A stretch of DNA of 64,000 bases from Azolla caroliniana (taxonomy: Eukaryota; Plantae; Polypodiophyta): NCBI GenBank assembly GCA_043228905.1, contig JBHGNT010000006.1, forward strand, positions 8,184,001 to 8,248,000, written 5' to 3'. The position numbers and the translations under genes are program-made. Position 1 is the first letter of the stretch. Each line of letters opens with the position of its first letter. Of the stretch, positions 23,236 through 36,100 are shown piece after piece. Under the pieces are notes generated by a model. It saw only the letters and a list, made by a program, of their open reading frames with translations. It was not told the origin of the DNA and made no database searches.

Positions 23236-26200
23236 AAACTCAAGGCCAATCTAGCCAAGCCTTATACTATCACTAACTACTAGTGGTTGTCGTTAATAGT
23301 GTGCTCTTCATTCGAGAGCTTACTTTTTACATGGATTTGCTCCCGGAAGAAGCATTCGACCTCTCAATCCCTTCAATGTTTCGTCGATCGCTTCACCTTC
23401 GAAGGAGCAAGATTCCATGCTCAAAGTCGCCGCAAATCACTTTTCTTTTGATGGGCTTCTCTCTAATGACATATGTTTTGCCTTTTTTTTTTCCTCGGAA
23501 GAGGAAGCGTGCTTCGATTTGTAGTGTGTCCCATCAGGATACGCTTTCAACTACGATTGTTAGTAGTTGATTAAAGTTAGAGTAGGCCCAATCGGCTATT
23601 TGATTCGCCTGCTCGACCAAGCAAAACTCCCTTCCCTTTGTTAGAACATCACATCTAATTTGGTGCACGTCATGTTCTGATCGTGAATCTAACTCTTTAT
23701 TAGGCTAATAACGAGTGAAGGCCCATTAGCTATTTATTGGATAGTGGATTGTGCATGGCACACTAATAACATTGCTATGAATAAGCCCAAAATATGTGAT
23801 TTCTTTGGTTTTAACCACATATTGCAAAAAGATAAATAGCTTTCAATTTATCAACTTATGTACTAAAGCTTGCAATACCATTGCTTGCTTATTGATGCAA
23901 TACATCTTTGTAAATCCTAGAAAAATTCCACGGTAATTGTTTCTAAAGTCAAACATGTGGTGAGATAGATAGGGGATGAGGTTTGATAAAATATATTTAC
24001 TTCTCTCAATAATAGATCAATTGAAAAAAACAAAACAAATGAATGAACATTTCATAAAGCGTGTTGAATTATCTTCGGAAATGATTTCTCTGTTGGAACT
24101 CATGTAATTCGAGATAGGACACGAGGGAGGAGCTCCTTAACACTTTAACGTTCAAATCGATGCTTCAAAAGAAGAAAACTAAAGCTTTTGCAAGTGGCAA
24201 AGAACTGCTTGTAGTAAATAAGCACCTTAATGAGTTTTTTTTTCTCATGAGAAGTTGGTATAAAGTTGGTAACGTTGCGATCGACCCTTTATATCTCTAG
24301 ATTATGTGTCCATTGCCACATATGCACCAATTCATCAATATGACACCTAACACGATGTTTTTGAAGCACTCTTTGATATTTTTCTTGATGCTTTGAATGT
24401 CCCAAACATTCCTCTCTTGCGCTAACCTCGACTTGTGATCAATGAAATGCTCATCTTCCACGCGCTTTAATATATCCAAATAAGTTGGTCAGAGAAATGA
24501 GCCCATTTCATGTAAATCTGACAAAGGAGTGGTATATCTATATTTGAGCACTAAAGTCCCCATTAAATGGAATCATACTTTCCACTCAAATGTACGAGTT
24601 ACACTGGGGCCATATTTTATGCAAAAGGCAACATATTAATAGTGGCAGGAAGCTTTTAATTAATAGAAGTCTCTAAAATGAGGCATGATCGAGACATATT
24701 GCATCAAAAATAAGGGCCATATATAAAATATAACTGTTGAGCTTCTCATTTGAACTATTATATGTTCACATAAACACCTTTGTAGACATTATGGTAACCA
24801 ACTTTTATATCATAGTTTGTTTGTGACCACATGGTTGAAGTTTTGTTTGAAGGGAAAGCCAACTCTCATGATGTGAATGATTTTTGGCCACACTCATAAT
24901 GCATAACAAAAAATTGCAAATGAAAAGATTTAAACTTTTGAGGATTAATTACATTCTCAATTCAAATTTCTCTTTGAATGACATGTTTTCATCTGCTAGT
25001 CAAGATTTCATTGAATGGGTAAGGCAAGTACAACTAGAAAAATATTAGCAATGCCCAAGTCCTAAACATGATAATATAACTTCTTGATGGATGTTGGTTG
25101 AATAAGGTGGACTTATTTCAAATGCTGGTAGACTCTAGAGTTTAGACTATGTTTCTTAATTACATACATATAATTTTATCAATCCAACAATAGTTGTTGG
25201 TTGGTTGTGAGGCTCTAAATTATTATATATTGTTGTCATTTTCCATATTAAATCTCCAGGGCGGTCTTTATGTATTGATATATACAAGGGGTACCAAACG
25301 ATTGCAACATGTTTTCAAATTTGTTAGTTTGAACATGTAAGACATTGAGGATTATTGTACTAGAAATAGACTATATTAGGTCCACCATGCACTATTCTCT
25401 GCTTCTTTCGCTGTGCATATGCAACATCAAAGTTCTAATGTCTAGTTGAACATTGTAAATCATTAACCGCATTGACATTGTACACAATGTGTGAGACTTT
25501 GGACGGTCTTCCTAGAGGTTATCTTATTCAACTTCTAAATATTAGTTAGACAAGTACAATAACATAATCCAAATGAGTGAAGGTGATCATTTATAGCTAA
25601 AAGTCAATGCCAATGAATATCACCAAAATAGCATGAAGCCCATTTCAACTTGAACTATCATGCATTTCTCTATCATCCATGAATGAGTTGAATGTTAATT
25701 GACGGTTTTGATATATGGAATCATCCACATATTAGTAAAGCCTTGAAACATCCCATGTTGCATGTTCATTGTATTGACTTCTAACTATTTATAAATTCTA
25801 ATCTCATTGATCGGGAGACTTTCTTAAATGTCATAAAATGATATTACTAGGTAGATGATCAAATGTTGGGTTGAAATCCTTAGCAACTAAATCGAATCCC
25901 CCTTTATTATCACATAACTCAGAGAGAAACACAAACACATGTCTGATTCAATATGTGTATTCAAATTGGTAGGACACATTGCAATGTCACATGTATGAGA
26001 ACAAGAGGGAGGTCGTTGTTCTACTTAATATGTAGGAAATATTTACAATGGCGTCAACGATTTGCCAAGCTTGAACTTCGTTAAGACTGTTGTGTTTTGG
26101 ACAAGTTAGTTGATAATGTGTGTATTTCAAATAAGTAGGACATATTACAAGGTCCCACATATGAGAATATGGAGTGAGGTCCTCATCTCTATTTAATATG

Positions 26201-27869
26201 TACAAAATATTTAGAACGGAATCATGGACTTGTCAAGTTTGAACTCGATTAGGATTCTTAGTGTTTTGGATAAGTTAATAGATACATCATACATATAATT
26301 AACTTCAATGTTTGAAAGTCAAGCTTGGTAATGTAGTGACAAGATTCATAACAAATAAGGGTTCAAGGATCACAAGTTACAACATTGATTCCATCTAGCT
26401 CCAGTAGAACGATTCTTTGATTTCTCTAAGATACCAATAATGTTTCATTTTTCACAAGAAAACGCACAATGAGATTATAAAAACTTAGCATAGGATTTTT
26501 TTGTAAAGTAGTTAATAAGAGGATTAAATTTTAACTACCCAAAATGACGCCACTTTAAAGTTGAAAATGTTGAAAGTACATGGCATCAAATAGACCTTAA
26601 TGTGGAGTCTTAGAGAAATGTGGAGACTAAACCCCTTTAAGAACCCATTGGGTTGGTACAAAATACGTTTATTTTTAACAATCATGTTAAATCACAATTG
26701 CGCTTTTATCTATGTGAATCATGAATCATGAATCATGATACGCCAAAATACATATGTTTATCCTTAATAATAAAGTTAAATCACGACTGCACATTTATTT
26801 GTGTTTCATGGCAAATATGCGGCACCTACAACTCCACCTATTTCCTCTATAGAGTTAGAGAACATTCATCAAGAAGAAGAAAAGGAAGAGGGTCTCACTT
26901 ATGTTTGTTACTTCAAATTAAAATCTTAAATCAAGCTTGCTATTAAACATGAATATAAAAGTGGTCCTTGACATTTAGCCTAATTGTTAAACTCAAAGTG
27001 CCAACAATGAAGAAGAAACAATGTGACAACTTGGTGACCTAGTCCAAAAGATAATTGATGCAACCACATCCATTAAGTCTTGGTGACATTAATTATTTTG
27101 AAAAGCATGCAAATCCATATTACTTTCCCAAGGTAGGACCATTTAGAATTCGAAGCAAATTGTTCATCTCTTGAATCAATTATGTTTTGGATTAGATTTT
27201 AATGACCAAAGAAGTATTTGTATACAGATTAATTTTCATTGAGGAAAAGCACACTTGAACTTCATTTATCATTCCATCATTTCAAATTTGTTGTTTGGTA
27301 TTTATCATTAGGATGAATGAGATAAATGTTGTGATTATCCTTAGATGACTTATAATTATTCAATGTAAGATTCATGCTATCACTCTATGATCTTTGAATT
27401 GCTTCAAAATAGACACGATTATGTTAAGAATTACAGTTTGGAAATATGGAAGCATGGACTTAGCATTCAATGTAAAACAAAGTTACAAAGTATTGCAAAT
27501 ACGTCTTACAACTTTTAAAGAGAGTATTCAAATTGTGAAGAAGCAACACATCGTACGGTGGGAAAACTAGAAACAAAAGTTTTGAGGTTATCGAAAAGTG
27601 GAACTTGAGAAATATAATTATCTTCTACTTATTATGCAAGATTCCCTCACTCACATCACGAGCATTGGTTAGTTGCATAACTACTGGTTGGCAACTTAAG
27701 TCTAGGATTGACATCAAGGTTGGTTTTCACACCTTGTATGGACCCCGTGAACTTTATGCTCCCAAAATACCCTCCCTTTTCAATAAAATTATAACATTTC
27801 TAAATCCTATAGTGCTCCCCCATAAAAAAAACAAGAAGAAAAAGAAAAAGAAAAAAACACAACCAAACA

Positions 27870-28295
27870 TTTTTATACATACTTACATACACATATTACA
27901 TATACACACATTTGCACTTCACTCGCATTCCAATACACACATGTAGCACAAAATAAACATAGAATTACACATAAGCTACATGTACACAAAACATGATTGT
28001 ACATTAGCACAAAATATGAACACACTTGCACATAAATCTTACATGTATGCACATACATGTAAAATACACATACACATACACCGATCTTCTCAATATCACA
28101 TAAACGTACACACACATTGCTTGTACAACACTTACAACACACACACACACACATTGCACCAATCTTACATGCATAAAACACACACGCACACACACATTGC
28201 ACCAATTCAATTTCACAAGGTCACATATTTGCTTGTACAACACTTCCAACACACTTACATGTTCCATCACACACAATCACCGAGTACAAACATAA
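27870..28295. repeat. CA/TACA-rich low-complexity tract
   Basis: Degenerate (CA)n/(TACA)n with repeated acacacattgc units. Confidence 0.85.
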
Positions 28296-28503
28296 TGTGA
28301 GTTTTTACAAGTTTAAATACGTGAATTAGGATAAAAACCCACTCCATTGTTACCTCTTGCATTCCTTATTCAACAAACTTTTTCTCTGGTTCAAGTACCC
28401 AGTAGTCCAACTCAAAATTTCACATGCATGTGTGTAATTTCTCGACAACGTTCCGATAACTAGAAGCCTCATATGAATGCCATAATGTTTACTTTCTCAA
28501 TGA

Positions 28504-29704
28504 TGTCGTGATAATGCACGTGCGTGTGCTTCTCAAGTGGAACCACGGGGAGCACAGACTCAAGAAGGGCACAAGGACTGAAAGGGCATGGATGATAGGT
28601 CCTGGACTCGAAGGATCCTCGGGCTTGAGGGGAGCACAAACTTGAATGGAGCTCAGAGTCGAGGGGAGTCTAGAGTTGAAGGGAGCCCAACTAAGAGTCG
28701 AAAGGAGCCAAGAGTCGAGGGGAGCCCAAAGTCGAAGGGGTTGAATTGCCCTGTAAATGAGGAGTTAACTTTTCGACCAGAGGGGGCGATGTTGACTCTC
28801 GTGTCGATTTCGGAATTGAATGAAGATGATTGGTGTGCGTCAATTGTTCAAATAAAGGGAAAGATGAATTTGGCTAAGTTTCTCTAATTGGCACATACCG
28901 AAGGATGTGCAGGTTAGGAGGGGGTGCACATCGTATAACGATGTGACCGACTAATGCCACCGTGATTCGACACTTGCCTCAACTGCAACAAGGCGTCCTA
29001 ACTTGGTTCGATGACCCAACACTCCTTGGTGATTCACTTGATTCAAATAGTTGGAATTGATTTACATTCTAGAGTTGAGTTTCTTTAGTATTATTGTCAT
29101 TAGGGATTTTATATGCATTGTTTTATTTGAACAAATACTATATAGTCAAAACCATGTAATGTATTGCATGTGCACCATATAGTGCACATGCAAAAGCTTC
29201 TCTACATATGTGCCACATGGCCCACATGCAAAATCATCGGTTTAGTATAAGAAGGGAATGAATTATTGTCAAGGGGGCAATCAAAGAAGACATATATTGT
29301 AAAGGGTTCTTTTTTTCTTTGCGGAAATAGAGATTCTCTTGTTTGCATTCTTTCTTCATTCGCGTTTTAGGGTTAGTTGTGCAGGGTGTTTTGCTCATGA
29401 CTCTCAACTCTGACGTCTGTTTTTGACGTTCTATAGCTCGTTGGAAAGCTCATTCTAAGGGCTTTCGAACAAGAATTTATGCGAATAATTTGGTTACATA
29501 TGTGAAACTTTACAAGGATTTTCTTCTTCACGAGTAGGGTTGGAAGCTAGACGTGCTACTGGGATACTTTCGGCTTGATTGTTGATTTGACTTCCTACTC
29601 TTTCCTTCATTTCTCTTAATTTCACTCTCCTGGTTTAGAATCCCAACGGTTTCACTCGGATACGCAAATTTCCTCGACACGACATTTGGTGAACTCGACA
29701 TGAA
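28504..29704 (+). mobile_element. Ty3/gypsy LTR (28504-29684) followed by a degenerate tRNA-Trp primer-binding site (29687-29704)
   Basis: Termini TGTCGTG...CACGACA form a perfect 7-bp inverted pair. They are followed by TT-TGGTGAACTCGACATGAA, 2 mismatches from the PBS at 48977-48994. Internal GAGGGGAGCCCAAAGTC-like repeats lie at 28545-28745. Confidence 0.8.
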
Positions 29705-29749
29705 ACGAGTAGTAGGGAGAATGAGTTCTTTGGGATTTTGTTCCTCCCT

Positions 29750-30137
29750 CAGCACCGTTGAGCTTCTGCAATATCTTCTCACAGTCGACAATGTGGTTAA
29801 CCTCGAACTTCTGACACCCGTCTTCTATGACACTCTTGTCCTTCTGATCCTCCGGACACCCTTTTATTGGGATGTCGTCCAGGAACGACATGGTGATGTC
29901 AGGGATGCAATCTCTCAAAACCTTGTTCATCGCATTCACCATGTGTGCCACCGAATTCGTTCGTCGCTAAGGCAGGGTACACATCCGAACTAAGTTGAGA
30001 GGGGTTCGCATCGTCGTGATGTCCCTGCTTTCGATGACCAGTTGGAACTGGTCGTACCTTGAGTATAGATCTCCGAATGAGTAAATCAACCTTCCGGTGA
30101 AGGCCTTCGTGAACTCATCAATGGTCGGTCCACTGAC
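29750..30137 (-). pseudogene. Ty3/gypsy reverse transcriptase fragment
   Basis: Minus-strand translation has DLYSRYDQFQL, TNSVAHMVNAMNKVLRDCIPDITMSFLDDIPIKG (FLDD catalytic motif). Confidence 0.8.
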
Positions 30138-30584
30138 CAGTAAGAGCTTAACTGTTTATAGGAGATTTGTAGACATTGCCAATGGTGTATTATAAATATG
30201 TAATTTGATGACAGATTACTCAATGAAGAATTAAATCCCTTGTTTTGAGTAAATTTTCCACAATAATTTTAAAATAGGTCGTTGATTTCGGATTTCATGT
30301 TGTTGCGTGTTCTCAGAATGGCAAACTGTTCGAACTTGTACATGTTTCACTTGAGAGTAAAAAAACCATTGCTAACATGTATTCTAGATAGTAAATACAC
30401 ATTTAACAGACACTAAAAATGAATGTTTCATTTAACAGACTGGCAAACGATTATATTAAGAAACAAGAACAGAAAGACGACTGCATATAAGAAAGAAGAC
30501 TCCCAAACGATTTTATTAAATTGTTTTTTTGCAATACAACTACTTTGTTCACTTTACAAGAAAACTGGTATGATCTCACAATAG

Positions 30585-31937
30585 CTACAAATTCCATTGC
30601 ATATTGTTGTAAATACATTCATACACATTAGCAATAACTGGGTATAAATCGGAGCAGCTATTGTATTGCGACATCGGGAAGTTGATGCACCTAACCAAAT
30701 GAGAGTACATGTATGCCATTGGTTTGTCTTCTAAAAAACTATACACATAATTGTAATAATCTAGTCTTGCATAAAAAATACCTTCGATGTAGAATGTACC
30801 GGTAGATATAAAATTTCCCCAAGCATCTACAATATTTTGCGTTGCACATTGTTTACAAATCGTGCACTTCAATATATAGAAATTAGCACCCTCTGAATTG
30901 CCTTCTTTTGCATTTACAACGAAATTATCCCCAATGTTTATGACATCACTCAGAATATCTCCACGTCCTTGATATGTGAAATCAACATTGTTTTCTGTTT
31001 CTCCATCAGTCGCTTCCTTATCATTCAATGTATGGTACTCCCAATTCTGAATATATGCTTTGTTTAAACAATGCCTCCAATTTGCCTGCTCATAATGGAA
31101 GCTAAACCAAGTTAATTCTCTAACTACAATACAATACAATGACCATCCAACCTAGAATAACCCCGAACAACATGGAGAGATCGCAATTCGGGAATTCCTT
31201 GGCACTCCCATGTCTTCTCCATATTTACTTCATCTATACTCACTTCCCAAAATACGCGTTTGATATCTCGGACCTGCAAGGAATAAACACCAGTTGCACT
31301 CTTTGACATATTAGTACTACATGTGCTGCACAATTCATATGCACACCACGACTTCCTTTAGTTGTTCATGGGTAAGTGCCCACTTTATAACTGCACCTAC
31401 TCCATCATGTTCACCTTTACCATGGTCGGACCCAAACAAATTCCATCTCATCTCCAAACTTGTTACAGAAGGATACCTCCCAACAAAATAAAATGGACGT
31501 CTAGCCTTGAATTGTGATGCAGCTCCGTCAAACCAGACTCAATGTTGAGTAAGCTCCAAATGTTGACGTAATAACCATTGCCAATGTAACTTAAAACAAT
31601 GTTGGACAAACACGATATCATGCTTCTTATCATTAGAAATAAAAAAATGAATTACTTTCTTAACATCAACTGAAACTTGAAAATATGTTATGTGCATTGA
31701 ACACCAATGCATGGATTGAATTTCATTATGTTGCTTGAAAGTATAGTTCTCAGTGAAATCTACTACTGCGACTACTACATCATTTGGAAAATCAGATATG
31801 CAAGTCTTAAATTGATGGGCCTGCCATGAATAAATGAAGTTGTGTTTAATGAACTTTCCTAGAGATACTACAAATAGAGAAGCCAAATCCCTTGGTTTAA
31901 GCGACTTCCTAACTAGATCCTTTCTTTTACACACCAC
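30585..31937 (-). mobile_element. Decayed DDD-type DNA transposase, Sola-like (subgroup uncertain)
   Basis: Reading through a stop at 31539 gives VVDFTENYTF..NEIQSMHW..FISNDKKHD..VWFDGAASQFK..WNLFGSDHGKGEHDGVGAVIK. A frameshifted Cys-containing C-terminal region follows. The family call rests on my recall of this motif set. Confidence 0.7.
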
Positions 31938-33185
31938 AAGGTGTTGAAGCGCTTCAACATGCAGAACGTTGTCACGTTATTACGCGCGTGCGTGTAGAAG
32001 GGGCGAGACCACGGGGGTCTCGGACGAGGGAGTAGAGGAGAAGGAATAAGACACAAAATGGAAGCTTAGCTCAAGAGGAGAAGAGGAAGAATAGCACATA
32101 AACATAGAATAGAATAGAATCAAGATACACCCACAAGGCAAGAAGATCAACAAGCTATATTAAGAGTTCACAAAAGATTACAACCAAGGCCGCATAGGCT
32201 GCACCAAACGGTATAACAAAACCCTAACCCGATAAGCAAGTAAAGAAGATGAAGAAGAAAACCCTAAACGAAACCCTAACCCTAAAGCGGTAAGAACTCT
32301 AGACTAAGTGGTATACCTCTCGTACGCAAATAGGCAACCCCTTCATAAGTGACCCCTCCCTTCCTTTTATAGCCCAAGGAGGGAGGGACCTTACAATGTG
32401 GGATAAAATTTCCCCTCTTATTTCTATACACCATTTCCTAGTATACATGTGCACATGTTGCACACCATCGACTTGCCCATTCCACCCCGGTTTCACACCG
32501 TAGCCGGAAATTTTCACGACAACGCGATGCCAACACCAACACCACTTCTGATGTCAATCCGACTATTAGACAGAGACTCTCCTTTGACGGATAAGGAGAA
32601 GGAGCTAAATGGAAAGATACCCTATGCATTGGTCTTAGGAAGTATTATGTACGCGATCGTGGTGACTCGACCCGACCTTGCATATGCCATAGGGGTCGTC
32701 AGCCAGTACATGTCAAACCCATGACGTAAGCATTGGGAGGCCGTCAAGCACGTCTTTAGGTACCTAAGAGGGATTGAAGATGCAGAACTGACTTTCGGAT
32801 CGGCAAACCCGCAATTCCGACTATCCCGGAAATTCGGACAATCGGAAGTTGACATCGGGCTACATCTTCACACCTATGGCGGCAGTGACATATCATGGAG
32901 GTCAAAAATCTTGTCCCGAAGATGCAAAATTGACTTTCGGAACAACAAACCCGTGACTCCGACTATGCCGGATTCGGACAATCGGAAGTCAACATCGGGC
33001 TACATCTTCACACCTATTGCGGCGGTGACATATCATGGAGGTCAAAGCTACAAGAGTGCATGACCCTGTCTACCACAGAGGAAAATCATGGAGGCCGAGT
33101 ACATAACTCATAGCATCAGAAGCAATTTGGTTGCATCGACTATCAACCAAATTCTCAACGAGAAGTCGAACCGATCGACCAACGC
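31938..33185 (+). mobile_element. Ty1/copia RT-RNaseH fragment, split by a solo LTR and cut at 33186 by a gypsy insertion
   Basis: KVLKRFNMQN | AMPTPTPL..IPYALVLGSIMYAIVVTRPDLAYAIGVVSQYMSNP, STSGYIFT, ISWRSKLQ, LSTTE. There is an internal duplication of about 130 bp (about 32775-32905 vs 32918-33048). Confidence 0.85.
31970..32521 (-). mobile_element. Solo LTR related to the tRNA-Trp-primed gypsy family
   Basis: TGTCACG...CACGACA termini. Both ends are similar to the LTR at 44758-45523 (ttacgcgcgtgcgtg..accacgggggtct; ttacaatgtggga; catgttgcac). Flanks are ACGT/ACGC, and the host copia frame is restored on removal. Confidence 0.88.
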
Positions 33186-36100
33186 TGTCATGAATACATA
33201 AACATCATGGCTTCACCGGAGCTTGAACCCAAGATCTTGTAATACATAATCAAGAACCTAACCATTAAGATGGCCTATGATCTTATGAGATGATAAAAGC
33301 TAATTCTTGTAATACACTGATTATTGTAAATACTTTGGAGCATTCTAGAACATCCTAGAACATCTTAGAATATTCTAGGTCTAGGACATTCTAGAACATT
33401 ATAGAAATCTCTAGGTTATTCTATAAGAACCTATAAATATATACATACAATTCTTCTCAAACCAATTCAAATCAAATTGTCAGAACCAAGAGAAAAGATA
33501 GAGTTTGATTATAATTATATCTCTCTCCATTATCCTCTATAAACATCACGAAACCATGGCCGCCATCAACTTAGAAGAATATCTCACCCTTGTTGCAGAA
33601 ATGGGGAATCTTAAATCCAAGTTCGCATCTCTTGAATTAGAGAATCAATGTCTTCTTGGAGATCTACAAAAGGTTATTGTGGAGAAGCAACAACAACAAG
33701 AGGAGTTTACACGACGGGTGCAACTATTAGAATCGACAATCGTAGTTTTATAACAACAAAGGGTCGAAGGTCAAGGAATTATCAAGGATCCCAAAATCAG
33801 CCTCCCAACTAAATTTGATGGTTCAAGGGTGCATTTCTAAGGTTTCTTGAATCAAGTGTGGTTGGTAATTCAAATGCATCCCACGCGTTATCTGACAGAT
33901 GCATCACGAGTCGGGTTAGTGGGCACCTTATTGACTAGCATAGCATTGTCATGGTTTGCGCCATTACTAGAGACAAATTCTCCTCTACTGCATAATTTCG
34001 AGGAGTTTATCAAAGAATTTAAGGCTTGCTTCGGAGATACAGATGGGTCAAGAAAAACAATCAACAAGATTTGTACACTATGTCAAGGTGATCAGCCAAC
34101 ATCAACATATGCAACCAATTTCCGTCTCATCGCAAGCGATATTCCTTGGGATGAACAAGCCCTAATGGAGCAATTTTGTTCCGGTCTTTGTAGTGATGTG
34201 AAGGACTTACTTCTTACCGTCTCTGAGGATCCAGAATCACTTACAAAAGCTATTAGTCGAGCAATACGATGTGATAATTGTCTTTTTGAGCATTGATGTG
34301 AGCGACAACAAATAACAAGATCAAGATTCACACCAGCTTATGCATCAGTAATGGCGCAATCATATCCAAGGCAAACATATAGCCCTACTCCAACTCCAAG
34401 GCAAACACGTAGTCCAACCCCAATGGATAGGCCTACACCCATGGAGATCGATATGACCCAACGATGAGGACCATTGTCAAACGAAGAGAAGCAACGATGC
34501 TGAGCAAAATGTCTATGCTTATATTGTGGAGGTCCAAGACATATAGCCATTCATTGCTCCCGTAGGCCAAGACGTTAGGTAAATCAAATTCACTATGACA
34601 ATAAAAATGACTCCAACATATTATAAGCACTTAGTAATTCTAATATTATGAATAATCCACCATTTTCCGTGACTAAGTTTGAAGTCCTAAGACAATTAGA
34701 AGAGGAGTCAAACGAATAAGTCCGGCCAAAATAGGAGCCATTTGGTTGGACAACGAGAGATCTGTAGAACAGTGTAGGTTCCATTTCATCTGAGCATGTT
34801 AGTAGAGTCTTTTTAGGCCAAGTACAAATTAGGACACCGAGTTGTCAACTTGTCCAAGCCCTCTTCCAATTCTTGCTTCATGGATAGAGATTTTTCCCAA
34901 AAACATCAAATATCCTTGCATACCCTTCCTTGCCCAATTTCTGTCGTGGTGATTGATGGACGTCCCATAGCTTCCGGGAAGATATTCGAAGAGTCACTCT
35001 TAGGTGATTTAGGATGTGTAGTTTCCTTTAACATAATCTGTAGCCCAGAGCATCCAATTGTCCTTGGTTTGCTATGGTTCGAGCTACATAACCCAATAAT
35101 CGATTGGAGGAGGCGAGAAATTTGGTGCCCTTCAACAGAAAACATCATTGGTAAGGATCGAACCCAAGACTATTCCCTTAAAGAATATAGTTCTACCAAT
35201 GCACCATCTCCTTTTCATCAAATCTCAACCATCACATTGCAACAATTGTTCCAAATGGGAGGAAAGGAGGAACATTTGTTATTTGCAATATTAGTGACAC
35301 CTTCTAGTGCCACTCAAAGGAATTTAGACATCCAAATTCCCAAAAAATATCAAGAATATGTTGATGTTTTCGACAAAGTCAAAGCTAGTGTACTTCCAAA
35401 GCATCGACCGTACGACTGTCCCATTGACCTCCAACTAGGAAAAGAGCCACTGTGGGGTTCGATCGACAATGTACCACCAAATGAGCTTGAGGTTCTTCAA
35501 GAATACATCGAGGAGAATCTTGGACATGGGTTTATACGACATTCAAAGTCTCCAACCGGTGTTCCTATATTTTATGTGAAGAAAAAGGACGATTTGCTTC
35601 ATTTGGTCGTGGACTATCTTGGATTAAATAAAGTCACCATAAGAAATAGGTATGCTCTACCTTTAATCTCTAGGCTTTTAGAGCGCATTGGTGGGGCAAA
35701 GCATTTTACAAAGATTGATTTAAGTTGATTTAAGGGGTGCCTATAATCTTGTTCGCATTTAACCGAGAGATGAGTGGAAAACTGCATTTCGCACTCGATA
35801 TGGTCATTTCGAGTATACAATCATGCCTTTCGGGCTCACAAATGCACCCACAGGAAAATGACATTTTCCGGGATTTTCTGGATATCTTTCTCATTATCTA
35901 TTTAGATGATCTGTTGATTTACTCTAAAACACAGGAGGAGCATGATGTACATGTCCGGAAAGTACTTGAACGCTTAAGAAAGTAATGTTTGTATGCCAAA
36001 CTTAAGAAGTGGAGTTTTGAAAGCGAACAAGTCGAATTCTTGGGTTACACTATTTCATCCAACTTGGGTATCTTCATGGATCCAACAAAAGTCAAACCAA

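Noticed and set aside
22845-23283. ORFs with YV/HT/MY dipeptide runs (also 27873-28300, 57890-58387, 62582-63994)
   Set aside because: These are translations of stop-free microsatellites.
32215-32290. Interstitial telomere
   Set aside because: Only isolated units inside an LTR, not a tandem TTTAGGG array.
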